NCBI GenBank assembly: GCA_965207125.1
Contig: OZ242263.1
Span: forward strand, 331,466-395,465
Direction of reading: 5' to 3'
DNA from: an uncultured Candidatus Puniceispirillum sp.
GTDB taxonomy: Bacteria; Pseudomonadota; Alphaproteobacteria; Puniceispirillales; UBA1172
DNA length: 64,000 nucleotides
The translations under genes and the position numbers were made by a program. The notes beneath the pieces are model-generated. The model had not been told where the DNA came from. It saw nothing but the letters and a program-made list of their open reading frames with translations, and made no database searches. Of this stretch, positions 62,061 to 64,000 are shown piece after piece (position 1 is the first letter of the stretch; each line of letters starts with the position of its first letter).

Positions 62061-64000
62061 TGGTCACCGTGACAGGCTCCGCACCCTCGGCAGTAAAGGT
62101 GAAGGTATCATTTTGCGTTTCCTGGGCTGCCAACGCTTGCACTTTCTCCTCCTGGGTTGACGTTTCACCCAGCGTATAAGTCCAAGTACCATCGGCCAGC
62201 ACAAATTCTAGTGTGCCGTAGGTGCCTTCAAGAGACATCATCAAACCATCTTGGCTAGGGATACCATTTTCAAGCATAATAGGTGGTCGCGGATCGTCAT
62301 CGGCTGCGTCCGCGTCCCTAATAATAAGGATTCCCGTGGCAGTGTTTTGTCCATCATCATCTTCAACAACCGCGCCAGTGGCCTCAACAACCTCGTCAGC
62401 ATCGTTAACAGGAGTGATTACTGGCGGCCTAAGAATTATAAAATCAATGCTATTACCATCACCAAAGAGACGTGGCAGAACATCAGCAAAATTCTTGAAC
62501 GCGGCGTGGGTGAAGTCAAAATTCTGACTGAGATTATCCTCCCCGCCTAAAATATCAACCAGATCATCAAGACCAAGCCGCTCATCAAAAGTGATCTGCA
62601 CCAGAGGGCTGGAAATACGCCCGCCGCCGAAAGCCGATGCGTCCTTGAAGTGTAGCGACACACCGTCAAAATAGAAATCACCAGCCGCATCAGTTCCCCA
62701 CCGCATGGTTACGATAAAGGCGTCATCCGCGGTTAAATCAGCCCCATCTGCACCGTTAAGGCTTCCTAGAAACTCTGTCAGAGTGGTGATATCAGCTCGT
62801 TCAACGCTCACAATGAATTTCAATTTATCCTGTCCGCGCTTGAAGCCAACAATCTCATCACCGCCATCGATACCAACACCGTCATAACTGAAGGTGTAAA
62901 GCACTTCATCAGCGCCTGCGTCTTCTTCTACGTTATTGACTGTGCGGGTAAGCTTAATCTCATCATCACCCGCCCCGCCATCTATGTAATCATTAGCCTC
63001 ACCGCCGGTGATGATGTCACTACCATCACCCGCCTCTATCTGCTGCGGGACTGTTTCAGCAGACCCCTCAATGCTGTTGTCCTCTTCAGGATTCTGCACA
63101 TCAAAAACCACTCGAGAGGTGATTTGGAGGGTCTGTTCATCAATTGCATCAGCAATTCCGTCTGAAAATGTGAAGGAAAACGAGTTACTTTTCGACACCA
63201 ACGGATCTACATCTGATGGTTGCTGATAAAGGATGAGCCCGTTATTAACATCCGCCTGGGTGAAGGTATTGTTCGTACCGATTACAATTTCAACGCCATC
63301 TTTCAGCAGCGTGCCCTCGGTCGGCAATACAGTGATGGTATATACTAGCAACGTTAGGTCGAGTTGATTTCCAGAAGTCGCCTTCAGGATTGTCTCATCA
63401 ATAATGATACCTTCTTCATCGGAATTATAAGTGAGGCCATTGTTCCGAATTACGGGCGCAGCCACCAAGACTTCAACGTTAAATGTCACCTCAAGTGTTC
63501 CGCCATTACCATCATCCGCTACGACTTTGATTATGTGTTCGCCAATTTGACTCAACGCGCCAGTGATCATCTTGGTGTCGGGGTCGTAAGAAAGCCCGAT
63601 CGTGCTCAAGGGGCTGTCATCACTAAGCGTCACCGTAAAAGTCAATTCATCGCCCTCAACGTCAGTGAAAAAGGCGCTCAGATCAATCTCAATCGTTTCA
63701 CGTATAGTTTCACTTATAGCAGGAAGACCCGTATCAATCACCCTAGGGGCATCATTCGCGCCGCTAACCGTGATGGTCACAGCAAAACGAGCACCACCAT
63801 TGCTATCAACAAAGGTGAAGACCTCCTCTACTTGATCCTCATCACCCAATGCTTCCGTGTCCTCATCATTGTTATCTAGCGTGTACGTCCAAACACCAGT
63901 ACCCGGATCAAACGTCATCGTCCCGTATGTGCCACTGACACTGTTATCGCCATCGCCATCATCTATCAGCGTGACTGTGGTTAGATCAGGCGTTCTAACG
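56209..64000 (-). CDS. Giant adhesin D, main ORF (more than 2590 codons in the window; the 5' end lies beyond the window end). It is interrupted at its 3' end by a 1-nt insertion near 56306.
   Basis: The track ORF starts at an internal Met (63918). I checked that the frame remains open to 64000 (...[43 protein letters not shown]). It contains VCBS-like and cadherin-like modules, a CSPG-like FTQADVNNGLILY module, an RTX run, and nine near-identical 215-217 aa units. Confidence 0.9.
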   Translation of the reverse strand, partial: VRTPDLTTVTLIDDGDGDNSVSGTYGTMTFDPGTGVWTYTLDNNDEDTEALGDEDQVEEVFTFVDSNGGARFAVTITVSGANDAPRVIDTGLPAISETIRETIEIDLSAFFTDVEGDELTFTVTLSDDSPLSTIGLSYDPDTKMITGALSQIGEHIIKVVADDGNGGTLEVTFNVEVLVAAPVIRNNGLTYNSDEEGIIIDETILKATSGNQLDLTLLVYTITVLPTEGTLLKDGVEIVIGTNNTFTQADVNNGLILYQQPSDVDPLVSKSNSFSFTFSDGIADAIDEQTLQITSRVVFDVQNPEEDNSIEGSAETVPQQIEAGDGSDIITGGEANDYIDGGAGDDEIKLTRTVNNVEEDAGADEVLYTFSYDGVGIDGGDEIVGFKRGQDKLKFIVSVERADITTLTEFLGSLNGADGADLTADDAFIVTMRWGTDAAGDFYFDGVSLHFKDASAFGGGRISSPLVQITFDERLGLDDLVDILGGEDNLSQNFDFTHAAFKNFADVLPRLFGDGNSIDFIILRPPVITPVNDADEVVEATGAVVEDDDGQNTATGILIIRDADAADDDPRPPIMLENGIPSQDGLMMSLEGTYGTLEFVLADGTWTYTLGETSTQEEKVQALAAQETQNDTFTFTAEGAEPVTVTITVNGANDEPVVDTAIVEQDGTAGQSTSIDLSGLFTDPDGDTLTLTVMVLSSDGTIRTALDTIGLAHDSDTQMITGTLIDSGTYTIEVVAEDGSGETATSTFEIVVVEQTIEATAGGSTAAVTEDDETPDPVTGTLGILSGVTSPAIVLNGATDDNNDGTFILESVYGRMEFVMSTGVWTYTLDNTKAETQALNTTDVVEDIFIFTSGSAGFAVTITVNGVDENQDPVVDTAIVEQGGTVGQSTSIDLSGLFTDPDGDSLTLTVMVLSSDGTTKTALDTIGLAHDSDTQMITGTPIGSGTYTIEVVAEDGNGGITAATFEIVVVEQAIEATAGGSTAAVTEDDETQNSVTGTLGILSGVTSPAIVLNGATDDNNDGTFILESVYGRMEFMMSTGVWTYTLDNTKAETEALNTTDVVEDIFIFTSGSARFAVTITVNGVDENQDPVVDNAIVDQGGTVGQSTSIDLSGLFTDPDGDSLTLTVMVLSSDGTIRTALDAIGLAHDSDTQMITGTPTGSGTYTIEVVAEDGNGGITAATFNIVVVEQTIEATAGGSTAAVTEDDEAQDSVTGTLGIISGVTSPAIVLNGATDDDNDGTFILEGVYGRMEFVMSTGVWTYTLDNTKAETEALNTTDVVEDIFIFTSGSAGFAVTITVNGANDEPVVDTAIVEQGGTAGQSTSIDLSGLFTDPDGDTLTLTVMVLSSDGTTKAALDTIGLAYDSDTQMITGTPTDSGTYTIEVVVEDDGGESATSTFDIVVVEQAIEATAGGSTAAVTEDDETQDPVTGTLGIISGVTSPAIVLNDATDDDNDGTFILEGVYGRMEFVMSTGVWTYTLDNTKAETEALNTTDVVEDIFIFTSGSAGFAVTITVNGANDEPVVDTAIVEQGGTAGQSTSIDLSGLFTDPDGDTLTLTVMVLSSDGTIRTALDTIGLAHDSDTQMITGTLIDSGTYTIEVVAEDGNGGSATSTFDIVVAEQAIEATAGGSTAAVTEDDETQDPVTGTLGIISGVTSPAIVLNDATDDDNDGTFILEGVYGRMEFVMSTGVWTYTLDNTKAETHALNATDVGEDIFIFTSGSAGFAVTITVNGANDNPVVDTAIVEQGGTAGQSTSIDLSGLFTDPDDDTLILTVMVLSSDGTTKAALDTIGLAYDSDTQMITGTPTDSGTYTIEVVAEDDGGGITAATLNIVVVEQTIEATAGGSTAAVTEDDEAQDSVTGTLGIISGVTSPAIVLNGATDDDNDGTFILEGVYGRMEFVMSTGVWTYMLDNAKAETHALNTTDVGEDIFIFTSGSAGFAVTITVNGANDEPVVDTAIVEQGGTAGQSTSIDLSGLFTDPDDDTLTLTVMVLSSDGTTKAALDTIGLAYDSDTQMITGTPTDSGTYTIEVVAEDDGGEIATSTFDIMVAEQAIEATAGGSTAAVTEDDETQNSVTGTLGIISGVTSPAIVLDDATDDDNDGTFILESVYGRMEFVMSTSVWTYTLDNTKAETQALNATDVVEDIFIFTSGSAGFAVTITVNGADENQDPVVDTAIVEQGGTVGQSTSIDLSGLFTDPDGDTFTLTVMVLSSDGTIRTALDTIGLAHDSDTQMITGTPTGSGTYTIEVVAEDGNGGITAATFDIVVAEQTIEATAGGSTAAVTEDDEAQDSVTGTLGIISGVTSPAIVLNDATDDDNDGTFILEGVYGRMEFVMSTGVWTYTLDNTKAETEALNATDVVEDIFIFTSGSAGFAVTITVNGADENQDPVVDTAIVEQGGTVGQSTSIDLSGLFTDPDGDTLTLTVMVLSSDGTIRTALDTIGLAHDSDTQMITGTPTGSGTYTIEVVAEDGNGGITAATFDIVVVEQTIEATAGGSTAAVTEDDEAQDSVTGTLGIISGVTSPAIVLNDATDDDNDGTFILEGVYGRMEFVMSTGVWTYTLDNTKAETGGLECNRCGRGYLYLYLWECWFRCDDHGKWGG

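Noticed and set aside
56227-63879. A periodic series of ~208-aa and 92-aa plus-strand ORFs (MTHCPTLLNDSSIN..., MDITNSIRPYT...)
   Set aside because: They recur every 645/651 bp only because they lie antisense to the tandem repeat of gene D. Their Cys/Arg/His-rich composition is typical of antisense translation.
54550-64000. A tRNA-Leu-associated genomic island carrying gene D
   Set aside because: No integrase, no direct repeat of the tRNA 3' end and no mobility genes are visible. The tRNA 3' end points toward the housekeeping genes, not toward gene D, and the base composition of the giant genes looks similar to the core.

Overview
This 64-kb window comes from a moderate-GC chromosome that looks alphaproteobacterial. 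The evidence is the conserved gene order eno-ftsB-pdhA-pdhB-pdhC-lpd-lipA and a PdhB that carries an N-terminal lipoyl domain. I cannot name the species from sequence alone.

More than half of the window is taken up by four giant, acidic, repeat-built genes of the secreted-adhesin type:
- Gene 0: 1..5791, minus strand, truncated at the window edge and absent from the ORF track.
- Genes A and B: 6992..16212 and 16607..28044, plus strand, tandem paralogs.
- Gene D: 55257..>64000, minus strand, truncated at the window edge.

These genes are built from VCBS-like modules, cadherin-like / He_PIG-like modules, true cadherin-type repeats, RTX GGxGxD nonapeptides, PPC-like domains, and at least three modules I cannot assign to a family. 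A, B and D end in a shared RTX-plus-tail module typical of type I secretion substrates. No T1SS genes are present in the window.

The giant genes bracket a 27-kb housekeeping block, in this order: pgpA, cinA/pncC, ratA-like, lipA, lpd, pdhCBA, ftsB, eno, kdsA, pyrG, secG, tpiA, ppiD-like, trpE, a DMT transporter, an unknown polytopic membrane protein, a Liv-type ABC importer, a signal-less GGT, a 1-Cys peroxiredoxin, tRNA-Leu(UAG) and DUF952.

Observations worth a second look:
- Four single-base frameshifts occur, all inside giant genes.
- A and B share a duplicated upstream leader containing a hairpin with two compensatory base-pair changes and a 12-bp repeat of variable copy number.
- Gene D contains nine near-identical, mosaic 645/651-bp tandem units.
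- Gene B contains segmental module duplications.
- The inverted homologous 3' ends of B and D flank the core block.

I saw no CRISPR array, transposase, integrase or phage genes.
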